From a virus: 57,256 nt of DNA. The stretch lies in the IMG/VR virus record IMGVR_UViG_3300025294_000007, positions 1-57,256 of that record; one strand, written 5' to 3'. Positions 34,725 to 44,637 of the stretch are shown piece after piece (within the stretch, counting starts at the first letter, position 1; the number at the start of each line of letters is the position of its first letter). A program made the position numbers and the translations under genes. Below the pieces are notes generated by a model. It was given only the letters and a program-made list of their open reading frames with translations, was not told the DNA's origin and searched no databases.

Positions 34725-34875
34725 TATCGACCACTCCTTTATATTAGCATAGCGTTAACCCCTAATTTGCTAAAAAAATCTACAAATTCCATTCTTGAGC
34801 GCTAAGTGCGCAAAGACTTTTTCTAAATTTCCCTTTCGGTACAACGAAGAACCTAAACTATCCACTTTTTCCAAA

Positions 34876-36219
34876 TTAGAAGTCAAACTGCGCAACTGAT
34901 GCCTCACCAACTTCAATTTCTCTTACCACTCCAACTTGCGGAACATACAAAATCTCAACTACTTCTCCCTCACCACCATTACGTCCTTTATTAATTCCTA
35001 CAAGCCCTCGACCTTGCTTGTAATCTGTGTCTATTGCGACTAACATAGATGCGTCTTCAAGCAAAGCCTTCGTTTTCTTAACACCTTCACGTTCTGGTAG
35101 TGCAAGTTCACGAACACCATCTTCGTCCTTGTTCTCCTTACCTTCTTCTGCTTGCGTAATCGCCAACGTTACTACTTGCAAAGTCCCTGTAAGTCTACGC
35201 AATTTCTTCGATGTATCTGCTGCATCTCCACCAGCAGTCTTTGATGTGTTTTTTTCGTAGTCTAAATAATAAAATGGATCAATAACGACGACATCTGCCT
35301 TCGTTTGTAAAATGTCCGACTCTAACTGTTTTAGCGATCGATTGCTAAAATCGTCATCATCAACTCCTCGTACAATAAGGTTGCCAGGAATCTCGTCATT
35401 TAACGTATCTAAAAATGCACGAAATGCAATTTCGAACTCATACGCCATATTGCCATTACGAACATCATTTGCGTTAAAACCACCGGATAAATCAAGTCCT
35501 GCAACATTTACTTGTGTTAACCCTTTACGTCCCGATAACGCGACATACAATCGTACAAGTACCTCAAACCATGGCATCTCCATCGACCATATGAGTACAT
35601 TAGCGCCTTGTATCGCCATATTTAGCGCTTCTTCAATCGAAGTGATTACCGATTTACCACGTCCTGACTTCGCATAGAATACGTACATGTTTCCACTGAC
35701 ATATTCGCCAATGTTCGAAAAGTTCGATTTCCAAGTTTTAAACGATTCCCCATTTTTACGACGGTCAAATTCATCAAGGAATTTTGAAGTATCATTTTTG
35801 ACATCCGTACCAACTTTTTCACGAACGTTTGTTCTGTATTTTATATTATCAAACTTTTCCATGAGCTTGTCAATGAGCGTATGGACATCATTTTTGTATT
35901 CGTCAAATAACGGTTGAATATCGTTTTGTACAACATCCACAAACTCTACTCGTCCAGCGTCATTTAACAAACGACGCGTCAACCATTCGTAGCTATCACT
36001 CACTTGTGGTACATAAAAGAAATCGGGTACTTGTTCGACTACCGTAGCGTATGATGGTGATTCTCCTCTATTTTGTTCGGCATAATTGCGAATAAATTCG
36101 TAGGCTTTGCGGTCAGCTTCGACTTTAAAATGCCCTGCAGTAATATTGTGTCGCGTAAGTGCTTGTACATCATTGTCATCAAGTATTTTTGATAATAATA
36201 GCGTTCCATTGTTACTCAC
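34876..36219 (-). CDS. DnaB-like replicative helicase, about 447 aa (start moved to GTG 36219 behind GGAGGTG)
   Basis: Walker A YAKSGRGKSV and Walker B VVVIDPFYY. Confidence 0.8.
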   Translation of the reverse strand: MSNNGTLLLSKILDDNDVQALTRHNITAGHFKVEADRKAYEFIRNYAEQNRGESPSYATVVEQVPDFFYVPQVSDSYEWLTRRLLNDAGRVEFVDVVQNDIQPLFDEYKNDVHTLIDKLMEKFDNIKYRTNVREKVGTDVKNDTSKFLDEFDRRKNGESFKTWKSNFSNIGEYVSGNMYVFYAKSGRGKSVITSIEEALNMAIQGANVLIWSMEMPWFEVLVRLYVALSGRKGLTQVNVAGLDLSGGFNANDVRNGNMAYEFEIAFRAFLDTLNDEIPGNLIVRGVDDDDFSNRSLKQLESDILQTKADVVVIDPFYYLDYEKNTSKTAGGDAADTSKKLRRLTGTLQVVTLAITQAEEGKENKDEDGVRELALPEREGVKKTKALLEDASMLVAIDTDYKQGRGLVGINKGRNGGEGEVVEILYVPQVGVVREIEVGEASVAQFDF

Positions 36220-36289
36220 GTAGAGTCCCACCTCCTGTAAATAAGTCTAAATCGTAATTTATATGCTTATATTAAATAAAGCACCTGAC

Positions 36290-36409
36290 TTATTCTTTAC
36301 TCTTATTTTTCCGATATTCTGTAAAATTTATATATTGATCTGCAAAAATTAATGCAATAGCTATCACGATAAATATTATCTCGACAGCAGTTCTAATATG
36401 CGTTAAAAT
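36290..36409 (-). CDS. Candidate 39-aa TM peptide with an apparent ATT start
   Basis: GAGGAGG, then 9 nt, then ATT 36409..36407. No ATG, GTG or TTG lies near the SD. Sequence: ILTHIRTAVEIIFIVIAIALIFADQYINFTEYRKNKSKE. Confidence 0.3.
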   Translation of the reverse strand: MLTHIRTAVEIIFIVIAIALIFADQYINFTEYRKNKSKE

Positions 36410-36662
36410 GGCGTCAAACCTCCTCTGCTGTAGCCTGACTCCAAAATTGTGCGACTATGTGCTGGCTATCCTAAAATTTGTCCTCTATCCCGTTTATGGT
36501 ATAATAAACGCTAACTACATACATGGTATTTACCGTCTGGTAATACCGTCTTTACTCGATTCTTTCCGTTCGAATGTATAATTTAAGTATACTGAACGAA
36601 CTGGACAATATTTGTCCATAAACCAAAATTTATTTAAAAGTATATAGATTTACATCCCAATT

Positions 36663-37403
36663 TTACCGTCTACCACGCTTGGATCCACCCTCAAATGCGA
36701 TTACAGCACATTGATCCCGAACTCTATCTGCCAATCGCGCATCGAAAACGGAAGCTAACTCATTAATAGGAACATTACTTGTGTATACTGTTGGCTTATC
36801 CGAAGTTGTTCTTGCGTTAATAATCGCATGTACTAATGATCTAAAACTTTCAGTTGAACCGCGCAAACCTATATCATCACAAACTAAGAAATCTACACTT
36901 GATGCTCGCTTGATGATGGATTTAATTTCGTTTAATCCGTTCTCGTCATTTGTCATAGTTGCAAGATTATACTTTGTCTGCATTTCGTTAATGTCTAAAA
37001 ATAGTGCTGGTTGTTGAATTGGTTGAACTCCGTGTTTCAATGCTCCCAAATAAGTTGTAATGATATATTCGTTCATGGCAACTACGGCAGTAGTTGTTTT
37101 ACCAGTTCCCGGAGACTCACTGTAAAGATACAAGGACTTAATGCGATTGTTTCCTGCGTCGAATATACGTTGATAAGTCGCAATATATTTCTCCAATAAA
37201 TCGTACGCCTTTGACTGTGTATCTCGTGCAGGTGAGTTTTTTAATGTCAAATCTCTATAACTAGAAGGTGCGCCTGCTGATGCAATGCGTCCGCCTTTTC
37301 CGTTTAAGCCAGTGAGGCTGATTTTATGTGGGCATGTTGGCGGACATGATGAACAACCATTGCGATTGCGTTCGTTAAGTATGCAATTTTGAACTATAGC
37401 CAT
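36663..37403 (-). CDS. DnaC/IstB-like AAA+ helicase loader with an N-terminal Cys-rich segment, 246 aa
   Basis: Walker A ESPGTGKTTTA and Walker B FLVCDDIG. Confidence 0.75.
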   Translation of the reverse strand: MAIVQNCILNERNRNGCSSCPPTCPHKISLTGLNGKGGRIASAGAPSSYRDLTLKNSPARDTQSKAYDLLEKYIATYQRIFDAGNNRIKSLYLYSESPGTGKTTTAVVAMNEYIITTYLGALKHGVQPIQQPALFLDINEMQTKYNLATMTNDENGLNEIKSIIKRASSVDFLVCDDIGLRGSTESFRSLVHAIINARTTSDKPTVYTSNVPINELASVFDARLADRVRDQCAVIAFEGGSKRGRR

Positions 37404-37783
37404 TCTGCCACTTCCTTATACTCTTCTTTCGCTTGTTCTGTCGCTTCTTTCCGTTTTTCAATCAATTCTGCCTGTTGCAACAATCGTGTCATATACGTCA
37501 CCATGAACCAGAATGTCAATCCAGGATATTGTTGCGTAGGTTTATAGTGCATGAAACATGCATCAATAAACGCTTTTACCGTCTCTTTACGATACAGACC
37601 TGTCTTACGAGCTGTTCCGATGTATTTTGTAATTAAATTACGTTCGGCTACTACACCACCTGCGCAGGTATATTGAATTCCATAGTATCTAACGTGTTGA
37701 TCGCGTAAGTAGGCTTGAAAATGCGCGCTATTCCATCTGTCTATTGACATTTCCGTATAATGATTAGACTTTTTAGTTTTCAA
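37394..37783 (-). CDS. Hypothetical replication-module protein, 129 aa (TTG start)
   Basis: ORF behind AAGGAG. No motif recognised. Confidence 0.4.
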   Translation of the reverse strand: MKTKKSNHYTEMSIDRWNSAHFQAYLRDQHVRYYGIQYTCAGGVVAERNLITKYIGTARKTGLYRKETVKAFIDACFMHYKPTQQYPGLTFWFMVTYMTRLLQQAELIEKRKEATEQAKEEYKEVAEWL

Positions 37784-37870
37784 TTTTCTTCGCTCCTTAA
37801 AAGAATAAAGGGTAATTATTACACTACCCCCTATTTATTTTGCGTTAAATCAGGGTTTAAAAAGCGTTTT

Positions 37871-40366
37871 TTAATCAAATACACCTGATATTAAATAAAT
37901 CTTATTATCAATGTTTGCATTTAGTCTTTTCATTTGGACTTTTAAAATAATACTTTCTTTAGCTTCCTTTGTTTCATAGTAAAATTCATCTTCTACAATT
38001 CCTTGTCTAACAGTTTCAGTACCTGTTGGTGTAAGAGCTACAAACTCCTCTTGTTCATTCTTTGATGTCATAGATAACTCTGCATTAAGAATAAGGTTTT
38101 CATCACGTTGAATCCAAAATAATACTCCTTTAGCTATTCCTTTGGGTGGCTCAATTTTATAGCGTGCAACAGACTCTAAAACAGGTGTATTAATCTCATT
38201 CTTATTTAGCGTAACTTTCTTCTTCGTTTTTGCTCCGTAATTGTCAATGACTTCAATCAGTATTTGATTTTCGCCAACTCGTAAATGTTCCAACAAGACT
38301 TCAAATTTCCATTCTCCGCCTGTACCACTATAAATCTCAACTGCTTTAGCGCTGTTAATTTGGTAATTTACTGTAACTGTTGAATTTGCATCTTGATCAT
38401 AGGCAGTACCACTAATTGTGAATTTATCAGTATCAATGGATCCACTAGGTACAACAGTATCTACAGACAATAACGGAGCTCGGTTAGGTACAACATAGAA
38501 TGATTTTTCAACGACTGATGACGATACGTTTTCGCTGTCTACAGCCCACACTTTTAATTTGTGCGCTACACCATCAGCTAGATTACCTGTAATAGCTATA
38601 TCACCATCGTAAAGTTTTCCGGCTTTGAATTTAAGCTGTTTTGATAATGATATTTGCGTTTGACTGACATTTGTCGCTAAAACTTTTCGTGAATCGCTGT
38701 TGATCTGATAATACACTGTAACTGATTGGTCTTTATCTTGATCATAGGCATCTCCGTTAATATTCATTACATCATTTTCGTATAGTGTCTGCTTGTCCGT
38801 TGGAGATACAACAGCAATAGACGGCGCACTATTCTGTGTATATGTCCCTGTATATTCGATACTAGTATTAGTTAATTGATAAACCAAAGCCGGAATTGTA
38901 CCGAAATTACCACTATAAGAGTTATCTTGTAAAACTGATGGTAACGTTGCTTCACCGCTAGTTCTGCTTGTCACTGCCGGCACATTATACCACGCACCGT
39001 TAATAACGTAACGCGCTATAATATTGTTGACTGTAGTTGATATTGATGGGTTTATTCCTGCGTATACAACAGCTACTTTACCGGAACTATCGACTGAAAG
39101 GGATGGGTTAAACCAACTGTAGTCATAACCTGTTACACCTTCAGGAGTTCTCCAAGTAGCGCCCCCATCTAATGACTTACAGTAAACTATACTGTACTTA
39201 CTACCTTCCCCCTTACTTTGCCACGCTACATGAATATTGCCGTTTTTGTCGATGACTGCCGACGGATTAAGTTGTTGAAAACTGCCTCCGCTATAGATTT
39301 TGCTTTCTTGCCATGAACCATTTTCGTATCTCTTAGCTATTATGTTGTAAATAGAACCATCGTACTGCTGATAAATGATAACAGGAACGGTGTCTTTTCT
39401 ACCCACTATCGTAGGTGTTGAGTTGTGTGTACTGGAAACATTAAAGCTTGTTGCATTAACAACAGGTTCCCAGGAAACACCGCCGTTAGTACTCCTAGCA
39501 TAACGAATATTCCATGCATTTGGGTATGTTGATGTTACGCACGACCACGCCGCGTGCAAAAATCCGGACGTCGGATCAAATGCTAAAGACATAGTTGCTA
39601 CTGATGTTGGTGAATCAAGTGTTGTCTCAGCGGCGAACGAAAAAATACTACCATTTCTCACTAATTTTCTAAAACGAATAGAGTTACCATACGAGTACAT
39701 AAACCCAACCTCATTAGCATTTATAACCGTTATAACTACATCTGTAGTATCTACACCAGCTAAACCAAGTTGAGTAGCATACGTCCATGATGATCCTTCG
39801 TTTTGCGATATATATACTTTAATATAATCGACGTTTCTAATGACCGTCATTAATGTTCCGTCTGATACTCTGACTAACTTACGCCCCCCGTTGCCGTTTA
39901 CGCTATACGGTTGATTAATAACTTGTCCAGGAAGTACTGGTCCAACTGCTGCACCTTTAACATACCAATAGCCATCGCTCTGTCGTCCGTTTGCCGGGTA
40001 TGTTCCTTCTTCTACAGCGATATTACTTTGTACTAACGAACCTTTGGAGTACGATGTATTAGTACCTGTTTGAACATACGTTGATTTACCTGTTGTTTTT
40101 TTGACTTTTGAACCTAGGGTAGCTGTAGATCGATATACGTCTCTGCCTCCACCACTATATAGAGTACCGGTTGGGCCATTTACTGAATCATAATTTACAT
40201 AAGAACCTGACAATTGAACGTAACCTTCACTATCTAAGTAATATGAAGTGTTTCCCGCATATGTTCCATCATACGCTTCTTGTTCAGCCCCCCATACAAC
40301 CTGCCAATTATAAATTGGTGTCTCGTCTTTTATTGATGTAAACTTGTCATAATAATATAAAGCCAT
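37871..40366 (-). CDS. Tail fibre / receptor-binding protein paralogue with a BNR (Asp-box) beta-propeller, 831 aa
   Basis: Asp-boxes SLDGGATW, STNGGVSW and SQNEGSSW. The N-terminus MALYYYDKFTSIK and the C-terminal 320 aa or so are shared with 40448..43078 and 49948..51945. Confidence 0.7.
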   Translation of the reverse strand: MALYYYDKFTSIKDETPIYNWQVVWGAEQEAYDGTYAGNTSYYLDSEGYVQLSGSYVNYDSVNGPTGTLYSGGGRDVYRSTATLGSKVKKTTGKSTYVQTGTNTSYSKGSLVQSNIAVEEGTYPANGRQSDGYWYVKGAAVGPVLPGQVINQPYSVNGNGGRKLVRVSDGTLMTVIRNVDYIKVYISQNEGSSWTYATQLGLAGVDTTDVVITVINANEVGFMYSYGNSIRFRKLVRNGSIFSFAAETTLDSPTSVATMSLAFDPTSGFLHAAWSCVTSTYPNAWNIRYARSTNGGVSWEPVVNATSFNVSSTHNSTPTIVGRKDTVPVIIYQQYDGSIYNIIAKRYENGSWQESKIYSGGSFQQLNPSAVIDKNGNIHVAWQSKGEGSKYSIVYCKSLDGGATWRTPEGVTGYDYSWFNPSLSVDSSGKVAVVYAGINPSISTTVNNIIARYVINGAWYNVPAVTSRTSGEATLPSVLQDNSYSGNFGTIPALVYQLTNTSIEYTGTYTQNSAPSIAVVSPTDKQTLYENDVMNINGDAYDQDKDQSVTVYYQINSDSRKVLATNVSQTQISLSKQLKFKAGKLYDGDIAITGNLADGVAHKLKVWAVDSENVSSSVVEKSFYVVPNRAPLLSVDTVVPSGSIDTDKFTISGTAYDQDANSTVTVNYQINSAKAVEIYSGTGGEWKFEVLLEHLRVGENQILIEVIDNYGAKTKKKVTLNKNEINTPVLESVARYKIEPPKGIAKGVLFWIQRDENLILNAELSMTSKNEQEEFVALTPTGTETVRQGIVEDEFYYETKEAKESIILKVQMKRLNANIDNKIYLISGVFD

Positions 40367-40447
40367 CCTTATACTACCTCCCCTAATTCAACATTTAATA
40401 TTTTGATGTGTATTGTATTATTAATTTCTATGCTGCTCCTTCTTTTA

Positions 40448-43078
40448 TTAATCTATTACACCTGATATTAAATGAATCTTATTATTAACAGTCTCATCTG
40501 GTCTTGTCATTTGGATTTTTAAAATAATATTTTCTTTAGCTTCACCGGTCTCATAGTAGAATTCGTCTTCCACTATACCTTGTTTAAGCGCCACTGTATT
40601 TATTGAGGTAAGTTCTACAAACTCCTCTGGTTCACTCTGTTCTGTCATGGATATTTCTGTATTCATAGTAAGCTTTTCATCACGTTGAATCCAGAATAGG
40701 ACACCTTTAGCAGTTCCCTGTGGCGGTTCAATTTTATAGCGAGCAACTGATTTTAAGACAGGCTTATTATTCTCAGTTTTTCTGAGTTTAATAGTTTTAC
40801 TAGTTTTAGCACCGTAGTTGTCAACAATTTCAACTACAATCGTATTTTCACCAACCAAAAGTTGCGTTAGAAAAACGTCAAATCTCCACGATCCACCTGT
40901 ACCATTGTAAATTTCGACTGCATTACCTGCATTGATTCTATAGGCTACCTTTACGGAGGAATTCGCATCTTGATCCGATGCAGTTCCACTTATTTTAAAT
41001 TTATCAGTGTTGATTGTTCCGCTTGGTATGACTTCATCAATTGTTAGTAGAGGTGCTCTGTTAGGTACGACATAAAATGATCGTTCGACGATTGTAGAAG
41101 AAGCTTTTTCACTGTCCTCTGCCCACACTTTCAATGCATGAGCTACACCTTCAGCGAGAGTTCCTGTAATGGCCGATTCGCCATCGTAAAGTTTGCCAGC
41201 TTTAAATTTAAGTTGCTTAGATAACATTATTTGCGTTTGACTAATATTTGTTGTTAAGACCTTCTTGGAGTCGCTATTGATTTGATAATAAGATGTAACT
41301 GACTGATCTTTGTCAGCGTCGTATGCATCGCCTGAAATATTGAACGTGTCATTTTCGTAAAGCGTTTGATTGTCGCTAGGCGATAAAACGGCGATTGACG
41401 GTGGGTTATTTTTGACGATGGCACCCGCCAACAATACCCCTTTATCCGATGTTTCATGAATGTAAGGAGGTGGCGAACCTGTATTTCTACCAAACGAAAG
41501 ACGGAATTCTGGGTCGTGTAGTAACTGAGGGTATTGGCTGTCCGTATTTACTAGCGTTGATGATTCCCATGATAACCCCCTGTCTTTGGACATAAAGGCG
41601 TAAACATTACTAGTTGCTGGACTAAAACCCATAGCCCATAGATTGCCGTTTGTTTTATCGTAAGTTATCGTGGCACTTGTACATTTGTTATCATTTAAAA
41701 AATTTCCTGTAGGTTCTTGCCATGCAGTACCGCTATCAGACCACAGTGTCGTTAATTGCGCAACACCATTAGTAGTCGTCGTTTTTAGATAAATCAAGTG
41801 AAAACGGTCATTACTATCCATAATTAGTTTAGGCGCTGTAGCTAGTTGTACGCTAGCAGACACCGGGTACGCATTATTAAATGTTGCGCTATTGTTTGTA
41901 CTGTATAGGATGCCAATGGAGAACACACTACCTTGTACAATGCTATAGGCTATCCAGATTTTGTTTCCTTTTGCCACAATAGATGGCGCGTAATTGTCCT
42001 TATTTAACTCTGTAGAGTTTGTAAGCATCTTGGCATTAGTCCACGCGTTTCCTTGAGCGGCAACACAATTCATGTATCTAATATTATAATTTGATGGGTA
42101 GATACTAGTTCTCACACTAAACGCTAAGTGTAGGATGCCTGTTGACTTGTCATAGAACATACTTGCACCAGCGCCGTTTTGTGAAATCGCATCTGTTGCA
42201 AGGATTGCGCCCGTTACCGTCAATGTGTGAGTTTCTAAGTTATACAAGTAATACAATAACTGAGCGTCTTTTTGTACTATCCATGCCACGCTATTACCTA
42301 CGGCGCATATGGTAGTGTCTTTCACACCTCCAATACCTAGCATGTACCCTTGTTCCCATGTTACGCCGTTATCTTTTGATACGAATAACGCTGTATTAGT
42401 ATCTTTTATATACGGCGCAGCAACTAGCCACCCATTGTCAAGGTATACAAATTTTGCATTCGCAGTAGGTCGTAATAATGACGTAATAATAGGTGTTACC
42501 GTCCCTGGTGGCGTCGGTCCCACGGCTCCCTTTTTAACGTACCAGTAGCCGTCAGTATGGCGCCCATCTGCTGGGTACGTGCCATCTTCTGCTGCTATGT
42601 TCGCCTGTACGAGTGCGCCTTTTGAGTAGGTTGTCTTGATAACAACAGGCGTTAATTTATAAATAGTTACCGTGTAGAAGTGCCCTGGGTTCTGCTCCTC
42701 GTAATCAGCGAACATATTAACCTTATATGTTCCGGCTCCGGGACCTGTAAATTGCATATAACAATATCTATGACCGTATGAACCGTAGTTAGTAGTGAAC
42801 TCGTATAAAGTTTTAAACACCGTTTCTTTAAGGTCACGATTTACAATAGGTTTCTCCATTCCAATCTTACCTGTTTTATCAATGGAAATACCATTATACG
42901 CAGTAGTCGGGTTTATTACAGTACCAGCGCCCAAATTATCAGGAATTAGTGGATTAAGCATTTGTACTACATCGACATTACTTATTGCTATTCTGGTTCC
43001 TGGAATAGCTACACTCTCGTAATAGTCGTATGTCTCATTTTTAATCGATGTAAACTTGTCATAATAATACTGTGCCAT
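40448..43078 (-). CDS. Tail fibre / receptor-binding protein paralogue with a BNR (Asp-box) beta-propeller, 876 aa
   Basis: Asp-boxes SKDNGVTW, SKDRGLSW and SDSGTAW. N-terminus MAQYYYDKFTSIK. Shares the C-terminal module. Confidence 0.7.
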   Translation of the reverse strand: MAQYYYDKFTSIKNETYDYYESVAIPGTRIAISNVDVVQMLNPLIPDNLGAGTVINPTTAYNGISIDKTGKIGMEKPIVNRDLKETVFKTLYEFTTNYGSYGHRYCYMQFTGPGAGTYKVNMFADYEEQNPGHFYTVTIYKLTPVVIKTTYSKGALVQANIAAEDGTYPADGRHTDGYWYVKKGAVGPTPPGTVTPIITSLLRPTANAKFVYLDNGWLVAAPYIKDTNTALFVSKDNGVTWEQGYMLGIGGVKDTTICAVGNSVAWIVQKDAQLLYYLYNLETHTLTVTGAILATDAISQNGAGASMFYDKSTGILHLAFSVRTSIYPSNYNIRYMNCVAAQGNAWTNAKMLTNSTELNKDNYAPSIVAKGNKIWIAYSIVQGSVFSIGILYSTNNSATFNNAYPVSASVQLATAPKLIMDSNDRFHLIYLKTTTTNGVAQLTTLWSDSGTAWQEPTGNFLNDNKCTSATITYDKTNGNLWAMGFSPATSNVYAFMSKDRGLSWESSTLVNTDSQYPQLLHDPEFRLSFGRNTGSPPPYIHETSDKGVLLAGAIVKNNPPSIAVLSPSDNQTLYENDTFNISGDAYDADKDQSVTSYYQINSDSKKVLTTNISQTQIMLSKQLKFKAGKLYDGESAITGTLAEGVAHALKVWAEDSEKASSTIVERSFYVVPNRAPLLTIDEVIPSGTINTDKFKISGTASDQDANSSVKVAYRINAGNAVEIYNGTGGSWRFDVFLTQLLVGENTIVVEIVDNYGAKTSKTIKLRKTENNKPVLKSVARYKIEPPQGTAKGVLFWIQRDEKLTMNTEISMTEQSEPEEFVELTSINTVALKQGIVEDEFYYETGEAKENIILKIQMTRPDETVNNKIHLISGVID

Positions 43079-43080
43079 TT

Positions 43081-43293
43081 TTAAACCACCTCTACTAATT
43101 CAACATTAAATGTTTGCCAATCACCGACAATTAGATCATTATCATATGGCAAACCCATAAATTTAGAATCGTCTGTATAGCGTTGTACTAACGAACAGCT
43201 TTCACATTTAAAAACATAATCGCCATCTTGTATTGAAAAACTGAATACGTGGTTACAACATGTTTGCTGGTTAAGTAATTGATTACGTTTCAT
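43081..43293 (-). CDS. Chimeric 70-aa protein: Cys-rich N-terminus plus the last 14 aa of the fibre-adaptor protein
   Basis: CCNH...CESC, then ..GDWQTFNVELVEVV. Compare ..GDWQTYSVDLVEVV at the C-terminus of 52051..52629. Confidence 0.5.
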   Translation of the reverse strand: MKRNQLLNQQTCCNHVFSFSIQDGDYVFKCESCSLVQRYTDDSKFMGLPYDNDLIVGDWQTFNVELVEVV

Positions 43294-43502
43294 AGCAACC
43301 TCCTTCTTTTATTTGCGATATACTTTTTAGATTAAGATATTCAAAGATTATATTGATATGGAGCAATAGCGACATAGAGGATTTATGCGAATGCATAAAG
43401 ACTCGTTAATATTTTAAAGATATTAGTTTAGTTAAAAAGAAAGTAGTATAGTTCGTGTATCTAGCTTGACGCCCCTGAGGCATATTCCATCTGACACCCC
43501 TA

Positions 43503-43805
43503 TCATCTTTTATCGAGTAAATAATAGACGTTTGTTGTCTGTTTCCCTTGCCCAAAAACTCGTTTTTCTCTCCGAATATAGCCTACAGATTCTAGAGATT
43601 TTAACGCCCTAAATACACTATTACGACCAACACCAACTATTTCAGCAAGTTTCTGTGCGCTTGGGTATGCTTGTTTACTATTGTTGTCCGTAAATAGACT
43701 AAGCGCTATGTATACCATTTTATCTCGATGTGTTAACGATTTATCGAGTGCTAGTGATTGTGGTATCATAACGAATTTAGTTGTCTGATAATCGATTATT
43801 TGCAT
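43503..43805 (-). CDS. Winged-HTH DNA-binding protein (Rep-N / DnaD-like family), 100 aa
   Basis: FVMIPQSLALDKSLTHRDKMVYIALSLF...AYPSAQKLAEIVGVGRNSVFRALKSLESVGYI. Confidence 0.55.
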   Translation of the reverse strand: MQIIDYQTTKFVMIPQSLALDKSLTHRDKMVYIALSLFTDNNSKQAYPSAQKLAEIVGVGRNSVFRALKSLESVGYIRREKRVFGQGKQTTNVYYLLDKR

Positions 43806-43953
43806 TTGATGACCTCCTTACCTCTAGTAGCACACTAGCAGTACGTCATATGCAACAAATTTTCTTAATTAATTACAATTAATCCAAAATACCTACGTAC
43901 TTTGTCGTAAAATATACATATAACAGGTAAATATATCAAGTGGAGGTAGTTGT

Positions 43954-44637
43954 ATGAACGAGAAGAAGCCGTGGTATACAAAAAAGAAGGTTTGGAAATG
44001 GATCGGTATAGTTTTCTTAGCATTGTTTATCATCGGTAAAGTTTCTGAGATTACAGGATATAGCGATAAGTTAGAGGCTCAAAAGGCGGAGGAAAAAGCT
44101 GAAGTTCAAGCTGAAAAGGATGCCAAACAGAAGAAAATAGAGGCTGAATTAGCTAAAGAAAAAGAGAAAGAGCAGGCTAAACAAAAGGCTGAAGCCGAGA
44201 AAAAGGCTGCTGAAGAAAAAGCAGAGAAAGAACGTCTTGCTAATCGAACAATTGACGAGAAAGTAAAAGACGCGGTTATTGCTGTTGTAGGAAAAGAAAA
44301 TTACCGAAGCCATAAATTTGAAGATAATACACTTTGGATACAAGTAACATTGCAAGATAATTTTACACAAAACATGATGCTTAAGGGTACTTATATGGAC
44401 ATGCTAGATATTGCTGAAAAAGTACGTGAAGAATCTTTACTCAATGGCGCAAATGATGTCGATGTGTCTTACTATACAGAACTAACAGATGCATACGGTA
44501 AAACATCAGATGGAGTAGTTGTTGAAATCGGCATGAATAAAGACACGCTTGATAAAATCAACTTTGAAAACGTATTACACAAAAATGTACCGACTATTGC
44601 GAATTACTATTGGGAGCACCCTTTGTTCAAGCAATAA
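43954..44637 (+). CDS. Membrane-anchored protein with a KAE-rich coiled coil, 227 aa (moron-like: plus strand with its own terminator)
   Basis: N-terminal TM WKWIGIVFLALFIIG, then a Lys/Glu/Ala repeat region and a globular C-terminus. Confidence 0.55.
   Translation: MNEKKPWYTKKKVWKWIGIVFLALFIIGKVSEITGYSDKLEAQKAEEKAEVQAEKDAKQKKIEAELAKEKEKEQAKQKAEAEKKAAEEKAEKERLANRTIDEKVKDAVIAVVGKENYRSHKFEDNTLWIQVTLQDNFTQNMMLKGTYMDMLDIAEKVREESLLNGANDVDVSYYTELTDAYGKTSDGVVVEIGMNKDTLDKINFENVLHKNVPTIANYYWEHPLFKQ

Noticed and set aside
36575-36600. GTTCGAAT-containing segment that resembles a tRNA T-loop.
   Set aside because: The flanking bases do not form a T-stem, an acceptor stem or an anticodon arm. I found no tRNA-like cloverleaf anywhere in the window.
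37871-43293. Fibre paralogues as a DNA-inversion (Gin/Cin-type) or diversity-generating retroelement system.
   Set aside because: All three genes are in the same orientation. No invertase or reverse transcriptase ORF exists in the genome, and no inverted crossover repeats flank the genes.
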